This document shows, one piece after another, positions 10,681 through 20,046 of a stretch of DNA of 20,046 nt (position 1 is its first letter; every line of letters starts with the position of its first letter). The translations under genes and the position numbers were made by a program. The stretch comes from Octopus sinensis (lineage: Eukaryota): contig NW_021824082.1 in assembly GCF_006345805.1 (NCBI RefSeq), positions 1 through 20,046 of the forward strand. The letters are read 5' to 3'. A model generated the notes under the pieces. It saw only the letters and a list, made by a program, of their open reading frames with translations. It did not search any database and was not told where the DNA came from.

Positions 10681-10832
10681 TTCGACAAACTTCTGCACAG
10701 TTTTCGTCAAACTAACATCTACTAACAAGACGTTATTCAACTAACATCTGTAGTAGAAGACACTCGTCCAAGGTGATGAGGAGCAACGAGGCAGAAACCG
10801 GGACCATGAGATCGTCAAGCGAACTGCTAAAC
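10681..10832 (-). mobile_element. SINE family A, degraded 5' half, minus strand
   Basis: tagtagaagacactcgtccaaggtg...gaaaccgggaccatg is the reverse complement of the family A head. Confidence 0.6.
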
Positions 10833-11423
10833 TGCGCGTGCGCACGCACATGCAACAAACACCATCACAACCATCACAACTGACAAACACGATGTGTTTA
10901 TATATCATATAATTATGTATATATATATGTATATATACGTATATATGTATAAAGGATCATATTTCTTTCACCGCGAAAGCTATTCGGTTTCATTGATTAA
11001 TACAACCTCTTTATATAAAGCATTTGATAACCCCAATCAACTGAACAGTTTAGAAAATTACTAAAGATAGTCAAAGCATGTTGATTTAATTGAATATAAT
11101 CACGATCATCTTAGCAATAAATGGACCTTTTTTTCTCTCTCTCTAAAAATTAATATCTTAATTAATATCCGTATTTAATTAATCTTTGTTTGTTGCTAAG
11201 CATCAATAAAAACTGTTTTTGAATAGGCACAATACCAATGTATGTTATGGATGTGAACAAATCGTTTGAATTCAGCGCTGTATATTGATTACCAGCATAG
11301 TCACGGGGGCCTGGATTTATTATTTTTGGGGGGGGGGGTGGGGGGGATAATACTCATTAATATTGAACTAATTATTTCCAATCACGATGGGAACATATTC
11401 TTTGACGTTTGGTTTTCCCGAAG

Positions 11424-11580
11424 CTGAAGGAGATGAGTGAAGCTCTGATAAGGATCCAGGACACCTTCACTTTGGAGGACTTGACCTTCACGAAGTACCT
11501 AGAACGCTACCAGTTGGAGCGCCTTGATATCAAAGGATCCTATATTGAACTCGTGGCACAAGTTGGTGCAACTAAATACG
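11424..11580 (+). CDS. Candidate internal coding exon (157 bp, phase 0 to 1) of an unidentified gene: LKEMSEALIRIQDTFTLEDLTFTKYLERYQLERLDIKGSYIELVAQVGATKY
   Basis: Unique, non-repetitive, stop-free sequence with many G/C-ending codons against an AT-rich background. It is preceded by ttctttgacgtttggttttcccgaAG and followed by GTaaaa. I do not recognise the gene. Confidence 0.6.
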
Positions 11581-11734
11581 GTAAAACATTCCCTTCTTCA
11601 CGCTAATGCCCTACCATTTCTAGCAGTCCAATAACAATGATAGTAATTTTGCTGTGTCTTGGAAGGGTAATTATGCCAATGATAAACACACGCACTGGTT
11701 CTATTTTACTTATATTTATATCATCAATGAACTA

Positions 11735-11997
11735 AGAAAGCAGCTGTCAGAATCGTTAGTACGTTGGGCGAAATCTTTGGCGGTATTTCGTCCGTCTTTA
11801 CATTCTGAGTTCAAATTCCGCCGAGGTCGGCTTTGCCCTCGTCCTTCCGTGATCGATAAAATAATTACTAGTTGAGCTCTGGGGGCGACTTAATCTTGAA
11901 ATAAGTTGGATTCCTGTAAGAACACCCAACGGCAACCTAATCGACTTTTCCCTCCCCAAAAATTGCTTGCCTTATGCCAAAATTTGAAATCAGTATT
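11735..11997 (+). mobile_element. SINE family B with a 42-bp internal insert
   Basis: cagctgtcagaatcgttagt...gagttcaaattccgccgaggtcg...ccttatgccaaaatttgaaatc; extra sequence at 11896-11937. Confidence 0.8.
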
Positions 11998-12694
11998 ATG
12001 AATCAACTAGTTAATTTTTTAACCAATTAACTAATAGCTTATTTAATGAATTGTCCGGCTAAACAGTCAATTAGCCTCATTCGCGAAAGTCGTTTCGTCA
12101 CCTCCGCGACCTCATCAATGATAAGCTCCTTCTACACCAGATCTACTCGAAGTAAAGGCAATGCCACCGCTTTGATGCGTTCAAAGTGCTTTATAGTTGC
12201 GTTCTACGATCTTTCAACATCTGTCTTTCAAATATTGTAATTTTAGCAACCCTCGGTTACTTGGAGAGCACATTCTATTTTCTTCTTCTCACACACCCGA
12301 CAGAAAACGGATATTGAAGCTACCCTCTTTCATTCCGATCAAAATCATTATTACCATTTTTGCTTTTTTTATCATTAGATCTGTCTTTTGTATCTCTAGA
12401 CATTTCCAGTGACATAGCATAAAAATCTGGATGGCGATCACGACCCTTTTAAAGGCCTTTGGGAATAGTTGGTAGTATTGTAGAAGTTATCTTCAAGCTA
12501 CAAGCAAGAACCGAATTCTTGAAATAGGATGGGCGCCAGTAAAAGCACTTAAAGTTGAGGTGAGGTTGTTAAACCTGGTTACAACCAAATTCTACAACAG
12601 ATAATGTATCATAGACATCTTTTCTTTGCTTTTTACTATTAGAGAGGTATTTCGCTTTCCTTCACTCAATTATTTACTTGGTATTTCATCATCA

Positions 12695-13038
12695 TCTGTG
12701 AAAGAGCATGGCTCAGTGATTAAAGCGTCGAGCTTACGACCGCCATGTTGTGAGTTCGATTGCCTGACCGGGCTGCGTGTTGTGTTCTTGAGCAAGACAC
12801 TTTATTTCACGTTGCTCCAGTTAACACAGCTGTAAAAATTAGTTGCGACATGACTGGTGCCAAGCTGCATCGACCTTTGCCTTTCCCTTGGATAACATCA
12901 GTGGTGTGGAGAGGGGAGACTGGTATGCATGGGCGACTGCTGGTCTTCCATAAACAACCTTGCCCAGACTTGTGCCTCGGAGGGTAACTTTCCAGGTGCA
13001 ATTCCATGGTTATTCATGACCGAAGGGGTCACACTTTC
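12695..13038 (+). mobile_element. tRNA-derived SINE family C, apparently full length, candidate 12-bp TSD
   Basis: A-box-like tggctcagtga (12709), B-box-like gagttcgattgcc (12752), ttgagcaagacacttt box; atttcatcatca at 12683-12694 and 13039-13050. Confidence 0.8.
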
Positions 13039-13069
13039 ATTTCATCATCAGATGAATGTTGTTGATAAA

Positions 13070-13920
13070 ACACAGGCATTCCTGTGTGGCAAGAAATTTG
13101 GTCCCCAACCACATGGTTCCGCGTTCAACCCACTGCATAACACCTTGGGCAAGGGCCTTCTACTATGGCTTCGGGCTGACCAAAGCCTTGTAAGTCGATT
13201 TGTAGACGGAAATTGCAAGAAGCCTGTGTATGTATGTGTGTGTGAATGTGTGTATGTGTGTGCGTATGCATTTCTGTGTATCTTTTGTATTTGTCCTTCA
13301 CCACCGCTTGACAACCAATGTTGGTGTGTTTACGTCCTCGTAACTTAGAGGTTCGGCTTGGGAGTCCAGTAAATCAGTAACAAACTTTAAAAAATAAAAT
13401 CACTATTAGGGTCAATTCATTCGACAAAAAATTTTGAATGCAGTGCTCCAGCATGGCCACAGTCTAATGACTGAAACTAATAAGGCGGCGAGCTGGCAGA
13501 AACGTTAGTACACCAGGCGAAATGCTTAACGGTATTTCGTTTGCCGCTCCGTTCTGAGTTCAAATTCCGCCGAGGTCGACTTTGCCTTTCATCCTTTCGG
13601 GGTCGATAAATTAAGTACCAGTTACGCACTGGGGTCGATATAATCAACCTAATCCATTTGTCTGTCCTTGTTTGTCCTCTCTGTGTTTAGCCCCTTGTGG
13701 GTAGTAAAGAAATAGGTATTTCGTCTGCCGTTACGTTCTGAGTTCGAATTCCGCCGAGGTCGACTTTGCCTTATATCCTTTCGGGGTCAATTAAATAAGT
13801 ACCAGTTACGCACTGGGGTCGATATAATTAACCTAATCCGTTTGTCTATCCTTTTTTGTACTCTCTGTGTGTAGGTCCTTGTGGGTAGTAAAGAAATATG
13901 AAACTAATAAAAGATAAGAG
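13070..13920 (+). mobile_element. SINE family A (13070-13483 plus tail remnant 13911-13920), interrupted by a family B dimer
   Basis: cccaaccacatggttccgcgttcaacccactg, ccttgggcaag, internal (GT)n, gtgctccagcatggccacagtctaatgactgaaac. Confidence 0.85.
13484..13898 (+). mobile_element. SINE family B variant with a tandem 184-bp body, flanked by a 12-bp TSD
   Basis: TSD tgaaactaataa at 13472-13483 and 13899-13910; units 13531-13714 and 13715-13898 differ at 17 positions by hand count. Confidence 0.92.
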
Positions 13921-13930
13921 TTGATTATAA

Positions 13931-14008
13931 GGTGCAGTTATGGCTGTGTGGTTAAGAAGCTTGCTTTGCAGCCTCGTAGATTTTGTTCAGTCTCAGTATG
14001 CGGCACCG
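13931..14008 (+). mobile_element. SINE family A head fragment
   Basis: ggtgcagttatggctgtgtggttaagaagcttgc...gttcagtctca..tgcggcacc. Confidence 0.65.
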
Positions 14009-14299
14009 GACCGACTAATGCCTAGTGAGCGAACAGAGCGGGCGGCAGACGTGTATATATACTGAGCCACAAAATAAACATCGCACTGTAAAAGGTTATT
14101 TGTTTCACACACGATATTGAGATTATATGGATTTTATCACATTTCTAGGTAGTTTGACATATAGAAGATATCACTGACCCACAACTCCACTTTCTTTTGA
14201 AAACACAAGGGTTTGAACGCGCTCAATTTTCGTGAACATGGTAATGCTTGCGAACGCATCTTTATGAAAAGTATGATGGGGTTTAAAAACGGTGCTTCA

Positions 14300-14702
14300 T
14301 CTTTATATATAAAAGTGAAGATGTGTGAGTGTCTGTCTCCTACGATTTAGATTCCTAACTACTCCCACATTTTGCGGTGCAGTTTAACCAAAACCGGGTA
14401 TCTTATAGTCGTGATTCATATCGAGCCCTTTCTGGGTATTAGCGCGCGTCTACGATGAGTCTACGATTAAAAAAAAAATTTAACATCATTTTCTTCCATT
14501 TTAATGCATTTTTTCGCTATTATATAAGGGAAGTAACTCTCTAAAAATGTCTACGATGAGTCAACGATTTTAAAAAAATTTACCATCATTTTTTTTCCCA
14601 TTTTTAATGCATTGTTTTGCTATATTTTGGCTATAACTCTCTAAAAATGCTTATATAGTTATTTCCCTTACAAACCCGAGCAACGCCGGGCGATACTGCT
14701 AG
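14300..14702 (+). mobile_element. Non-autonomous Helitron-like element, copy 2 (403 bp)
   Basis: A^TC...CTAG^T, same 3' hairpin as copy 1; retains a ~20-bp 5' segment and a short internal segment that copy 1 lacks. Confidence 0.9.
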
Positions 14703-14971
14703 TTGGGTATAAAAAGCACCCAAATTTACCAGCCTGTCATTCGTTTTTCCGAACGCAGTAAGCATGCCAAAACTGGCACGAGCAAGCCATCGGACGTCTC
14801 CATGCTGGTCAACGTCTAAGGACCATTGCTAATGACTTGAACTGCAGGATTCGGACAATTGAGTGGCTGAGGGAATGATACAATGTCACAAACAGCACGG
14901 ATGATTGTCCACACAGTGACTGACCGAGGGTTACAACGGCACATCAAGAATTCCACCTGCACCGACAGCAT

Positions 14972-15149
14972 TTGCAGTACCTGTATTTCAAAGGGCCAGC
15001 CTTGTCACACTCTGTGTCATGCTGAATCACCCCGAGAACTACGTTAAAGGTCTGTGTAGTGCTCAGCCACTTACACGTTATTTTCACGAGCAGGCTGTTC
15101 CGTTGATTGGATCAACTGGAACCCACGTCGTCGTAACCGACGGAGTACC

Positions 15150-15150
<1 letters not shown>
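14972..15150 (+). mobile_element. Probable retroposon 3' end (LINE 3' UTR or SINE tail) running into (TA)n; may extend upstream to ~14735
   Basis: Complex sequence ending in stem-loop cgtcg-taac-cgacg (15129-15142) just before (TA)n. It resembles an octopus repeat I recall, but there is only one copy here. Confidence 0.45.
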
Positions 15151-15184
<34 letters not shown>

Positions 15185-15645
15185 TAAAAGAAATAAAACA
15201 TATGCATATATATAAACATATATGCACGTACCTACCTCTACATGTACATATACACGCATATATGAGTACAGGACACCAAAGGGACGTCGAACACAAAGAG
15301 AAACGAAAACATAGACACAAACCAAAGGAACTGGACATTTTTTTAAAAACAACAAAAAATGAAGTACAGGACAATTAACAACGAAAAAACCCCTTCTTCA
15401 GTCGCTAATGTTTCATCTACTCTACGTTTCGAAGGATAAAAGCGAGACGTATCTTCGACAAGAAACTTTCCTTCCTGCGAAAAGCAAATCAATTAAAATT
15501 CTGAGATCTTTTCGCAGAGGGGTAAAAAATGGTAAAAAAATGGTAAAAAAACAGGACAGTAACGACAGTACAAAAGTATAAACAGTAAAAAAATAAACAG
15601 TAAAAATAATATATATAAACAGTAGGTAAGTTTATTTTTCAGTGG

Positions 15646-15793
15646 GTCCCCCAGTACCGATTGACAACTACAGTTAATTGTTTACCTCACCTCAACGAAG
15701 CGGTTCGGCAAAAATCCACAGGTAGACTAAGTAGCAAATAAAAAATCCTGGGTTCGATTATTTTCGACTAAATTCTTCAAGCTGATGCTCCAA
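15646..15793 (+). mobile_element. Highly degraded SINE family A 3' half
   Basis: ttgacaac, agcggttcggcaaaa, cctgggttcgat, tgatgctcca. Confidence 0.6.
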
Positions 15794-16159
15794 CAAATCA
15801 GAGATAAAAGATGATGAAGCAGTAATATAATTGCCAAACATCTTGAGTAGTCTGTAGCAAACTTTTACTGAATACTTCCAACAATTTTTGGCTAACTGGA
15901 ATATTTATTTTCTGATTTGAACTTCGATATAATATATTACATTTTGTTTTTTTTACTTCAACGTTTGCTTATAACGAAGTAAATTCCATTTCCATCCTCT
16001 TAACATACGGTTTGTCATACACAAGCAATAACTTAATAATCTCCTTAGAATCAATCTCTTATTTTAAACAGGATTATTTTGTTTAGATTATTACAACAAA
16101 TTCTATTTACGTCAACAAAATTCTCATATTCAATATTTGATTTGACTCCTTGACATACG

Positions 16160-16426
16160 TACGTACGTACATATATATATATACATATATATATACATAT
16201 ATAATTTTTTTTATTAATAAACTGTTATTAAAATATTGTAACTCCAACCAAGATTGATTGTGACGTGCTAATTTCTTTTGTTTATCCACTCACTCGTGTA
16301 TCTGTGTGTGTGTGTGTGTGTGTGGATAGATAGATTGATAGATAAAATAGACAACATGTATATATATATATATATACACGTATATATTTATGCATATATA
16401 TATATATATATATATATACATACACT

Positions 16427-16468
<42 letters not shown>

Positions 16469-16608
16469 ATATTTATATAGGTATACATATATATAATATT
16501 TATATATGTAATATATCATGCATGTGTGTATAATATATATAATATAATAATATATATATATTATATATAATATATATTGTAATATATACACACATATATA
16601 TATGTATG

Positions 16609-16666
<58 letters not shown>

Positions 16667-16680
16667 ACAGAGATATATGG
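16160..16680. repeat. Compound (TA)n-dominated microsatellite with GT, ATAG and CA patches
   Basis: Direct reading. Confidence 0.92.
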
Positions 16681-17843
16681 TCTACACATACATACAAACA
16701 GAATTTGGAGTCTTAGTGGTAAACCAACCCGAGCACTTACTGCAAATGCCTATTACATTACATCCTTCGACTCAATTTTATCTGCACTCTCCATATAAAC
16801 ATATGATATATTTAAGCAGCTATTCTTTTGAAAATTAACAACTTATCCTTTATTTTCTCAGAAACGACGACCTAATATTTTTCGATGGGAAATTAAGAAC
16901 ATTAAACAAACAAACATATATAGTAATGTACACAAAGAACATTTGGAATATCAATAATTCTCACTTCACCAAAGTTATATTGCATGTACAATGATATTAA
17001 AATACGAATTAAGGAACACAATCAAATATAGATGTAAATATATTGAAGTGTCAGATAGTTTTGCTTTTCGATTAGTTTCCATATTATTTTAAATAGACGA
17101 AAAGCTAACTTCATTTAATCGCACTATAATCACAGACAGGGAGCACAAACATTCGACATTATTTGTCACTTTATAATTCTCTTCACTTTCTTTCTCTCTC
17201 CCACCTCTATCTGTCTCTTTCTCAGTGATTTGTGTGATTGCTAATAGAGGAGGCGACAGCAGAAGCAATGGATACATATATACATACCTATATTCCTCCC
17301 ATCCTCCTTAATCCCTTCTTTCTCCTTTTCTCTTGGTCACTGATTCTGTTCCCTGCCTTCCACCCTCTTTGATTCCCTCTCTCTCTGTCTCTCTTTCTCT
17401 CTCTCCTGCGACCTGCTGCTTCTTAAACCATTCTGTTGGCCTTCGTATCTCGACCAACATGTGTCCCCGCTACCGAAACGGTAATTATTTCTACGCCAGC
17501 TATGTTGTTGTTGTTGTTTTTGTCTCATTTGGTCTAAAGTCGTATGACAACCATCGTTATATATTTTGTTTTTCATTACTGTTTTCAATTTCGTTTTCGC
17601 TCTTGTATTCACATCCGTCTTGTGCGTTCACATTCCTGTCTTCTACCAGAAATCTAATGCTTACAGCTTAGTTTTTTTTTCTTGGGGCTGGCCGAGTTGG
17701 AGCAAATATCAGAATTGAACAGCCGAAATTTGCTATGATGATTCGGTGTCTGACTGAAGATTGAAGGCTTCGAATGATTTGTCTGTGTTCCGTGTTCGTC
17801 CCTTCCTGTATTTCACGTTCATTATATATAAAAACATTCATTC

Positions 17844-17877
<34 letters not shown>

Positions 17878-18087
17878 TGCAAATAATATAAAGGTTACTT
17901 AGAAGACACGAAGGAAGTGTTCCTTAATTTATATGTTTATAGGTAGAGAATGTTTTCCAATCTGCCAAAGAAATGGAATAAAATATAATATAAAATAACA
18001 GTAGAATATTCACGTTATTACATATAAGAACTTTTCTTATATCGCTTAAGACTACTCGTGGTTCTATTGTATATTATCAAAAGCATA

Positions 18088-18334
18088 TATTGATTTCAAA
18101 TTTTGGCACAAAGCCTGCAATTTGGTGGCAGGGGTAAGTCGATTACATTGACCCCTGTGCTCAACTGGTACTTATTTTATCGATCCCAGTACTCAAGTGG
18201 TACATAATTTATGGACTCCGAAAGGATGAAAGGTAAAGTCGATATCGGTGGAATTTGAACTCAGAACGTAAAAACGGACGAAATGTTGCTAAGCACATTT
18301 CCTGGCGTGCTGACGATTCTACCAGCTTGTTGCC
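18088..18334 (-). mobile_element. SINE family B, minus strand, with a 32-bp internal tandem duplication
   Basis: gaatttgaactcagaacgta, acgattctaccagcttgttgcc and atttcaaattttggcacaaagcc are reverse complements of family B. Confidence 0.85.
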
Positions 18335-18421
18335 ATGCCAATAGCATATATTACCAATATAGTATTAACTCTTTGCATACTACCACCAAATTGAAGGCCA
18401 CGTCCGTTTCTCTCATTATTG

Positions 18422-18464
<43 letters not shown>

Positions 18465-18467
<3 letters not shown>

Positions 18468-18739
18468 ACGTGACCGACCAGGCTATCAGATGTTGCTACA
18501 CATCGCTGGTCACAATGCGCTTCGCATTGTTTTAGCCTTCAAATAACGCCACCCCGCTGGCTAATCGAGCAGGCAACAGAAGAAAGAGTGAGAGAAAATT
18601 GCGGCGAAAGAGTATAGCAGGGATCACCACCACTCCCTGCCGGAACCTCGTGGACCTTTAAGTGCTTTCGCTCAATAAACACTCACAACGCCCGGCCTGG
18701 GAATCGAAACTGCGATCTTACGCTGGGCCATTGCGCCTC

Positions 18740-18742
<3 letters not shown>
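18465..18742 (-). mobile_element. tRNA-derived SINE family D with an apparently deleted head segment
   Basis: The minus strand reads gtggaggcgcaatggcccag-cgtaagatcgcagtttcgattcccaggccggg. A B-box-like gtttcgattccc is present, and the head resembles family C but lacks the D-arm to anticodon stretch. It is flanked by (TA)n and (CA)n. Confidence 0.7.
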
Positions 18743-18772
<30 letters not shown>

Positions 18773-18783
18773 GTGTGTGTGTA

Positions 18784-18837
<54 letters not shown>

Positions 18838-18860
18838 GTGTGTGTGTGTGTATGTATATG
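18743..18860. repeat. (CA)n-(TA)-(GT)n compound microsatellite
   Basis: Direct reading. Confidence 0.92.
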
Positions 18861-19171
18861 TAACGGTATAGCTATCTTCGGATCGAACTGGACACCGTAC
18901 TATCACACAACAATGGAAGTTTAATGTGATTCGTGATAAGAACCAAAATCTGAACTGTGAACTTGTCGTGCACTGAGAGCGTCGAATCCTTCTCTCCTAC
19001 TCTCCTATTCAGACACTCTCACACCCTTGCACATATAAACACGTATGTCTTGTGTCCACTCTAGCAACGTTGGAACTTCAAATCAAGCAATATACTCAAC
19101 AGCAAAGCAGGGACGTGAAGAGAAGCGTTATAACCGTCCTAGTTTATTGCAATTTTAGTATAGCATTACTA

Positions 19172-19720
19172 TTGGGTTGTCCGGAAATTTCATGCCGATT
19201 TTTAAAGGAAAGGAAAAGGTCAATGACTACTTGCCATTACCTTTTTAATCAACCAAATATGAGCGATTTTGTTGCACAACGTGTCTCCACCTTTCCTTTA
19301 ACTTAAAAATACCCTCTTCCCAGAAATGAGATGATTTTATAGCAAAGAATTCATCAAGGTATCTTTTTACGTCATCCAAGGAATTGAAACTCTGCAGAGA
19401 CCTGAAAGAGTGCAAACCTGAAGGAGCAATATCTGGTGAATATGGAAGGTGGGGTAACACATCCCAGCCGAGCTGCAGCAATTTTTGTCTGGTTCCCAAA
19501 GCATCAAGTGCCGAAAATGAACTTGCTTATCTTCCATTTTAAAGGGTTACAGAATTAACACAAGTTATAGGAACATAAACGTTCTTCCACGAAAAGATAG
19601 CTTAGACTGTGCTCTAAATGGAGGTGTAGTCAAATCCTATTTTATGGACTCAACCATGTTCTAAAAATAAGTCGAAAGGTAAGCTACTATAAATCGGCAC
19701 GAACTTTCCGGACAACCCAA
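19172..19720 (-). mobile_element. Internally deleted mariner (Tc1/mariner) transposon, 549 bp
   Basis: TIRs of ~29 bp (ttgggttgtccggaaa(t/g)ttc(a/g)tgccgattt, 2 mismatches); TA duplication at 19170-19171 and 19721-19722; transposase remnants inside. Confidence 0.95.
19245..19537 (-). pseudogene. Mariner transposase remnant: N-terminal MEDKQVHFRHLML joined out of frame to the C-terminus
   Basis: TRQKLLQLGWDVLPHLPYSPDIAPSG carries the YSPDLAP(S)D motif with the third catalytic Asp changed to Gly; KLKERWRHVVQQNRSY matches the mariner C-terminus. The ATG is at 19537. The style resembles the mellifera subfamily (inference). Confidence 0.9.
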
Positions 19721-19724
19721 TATA

Positions 19725-20046
19725 TCTCTCTCTATATAAACGGCAGTTTGTCTGTCTGCGTGTCTGTGTGTCTGTCAGGTTGTACCCTCACCCTCACCAC
19801 GACTTTCAACCGATTCTGATGAAACTTGACACACACATAGCCCAATGTCATAATTCAAAACTAACGCAGCGAAAAGTTTGAAAAGTTCCCCCAGCTCTGA
19901 AAAAAATCGATGAATTCGACATGGGGTCGAGAATCAGAAACACAAACCACAGACTGTCTAGGGGACGCAACTCGACCTTTTTAACTCTCAAAAAAGTTTA
20001 CCATCATTTTTTCCCCATTTTTTTGCTATTTTTTGGCTATAACTCT
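19725..20046 (+). mobile_element. Non-autonomous Helitron-like element of a second type, truncated by the window end
   Basis: Starts A^TC, then tctatataaa, (gtct)n and caaccgattctgatgaaacttg as in Lep1/HINE-like elements. Its last ~60 bp match the subterminal module of copies 1 and 2. The 3' CTAG is not visible. Confidence 0.75.

Noticed and set aside
10833-10847. gcgtgcgcacgc palindrome / NRF1-like site
   Set aside because: It lies in CA/CG low-complexity sequence at a SINE edge with no promoter context.
12040-12620. Unique, moderately complex stretch; minus-strand LAPILF weakly recalls an RT motif
   Set aside because: Stops in the frames I translated and no second motif; possibly a decayed element, but not supportable without BLASTX.
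12703-12775. Possible tRNA gene
   Set aside because: It continues into a SINE body with a candidate TSD and has no proper acceptor stem; it is a SINE head.
13531-13898. Direct repeats as LTRs or a CRISPR-like array
   Set aside because: The two units are adjacent with no spacer or internal region and are homologous to the SINE B body.
16845-16960. Strong-looking acceptor cctttattttctcAG followed by a short open frame
   Set aside because: AT-rich, stops after about 31 codons in the frame checked, and has no coding bias; such acceptors are common by chance.
17740-17800. ctgactgaaga...cttcgaat..gtc as a hammerhead ribozyme
   Set aside because: The GAAA core is broken and stems I and III cannot be formed.
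18757-18782. 26-bp perfect palindrome (CA)n-TATA-(TG)n
   Set aside because: A trivial result of adjacent complementary microsatellites.

Overview
This is eukaryotic, AT-rich, repeat-saturated DNA, most likely intronic sequence from a coleoid cephalopod (Octopus-like). That assignment is inferred from my recollection of octopus tRNA-derived SINE families and the very high microsatellite density, not from a search. The window holds about 18 SINE copies or fragments from four families (my labels A-D), a decayed RTE-like LINE 3' end, three non-autonomous Helitron-like elements, an internally deleted mariner with intact TIRs and TA duplication, a ~135-bp minisatellite built from (GT)n, and many simple repeats. 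Almost all ORFs in the track are microsatellite artefacts. One 157-bp stretch (11424-11580) looks like a real coding exon of an unidentified gene, possibly SAM-domain-like. The most unusual structures are a 78-bp inverted repeat made of two LINE-like 3' ends facing tail-to-tail across an (AT)/(GT) tract, an unexplained 93-bp fold-back, a dimeric SINE nested in another SINE, and a Helitron with a swapped 5' half inserted beside the mariner end. I cannot show a new multi-gene system here; there are no CRISPR arrays, rRNA genes or intact tRNA genes.
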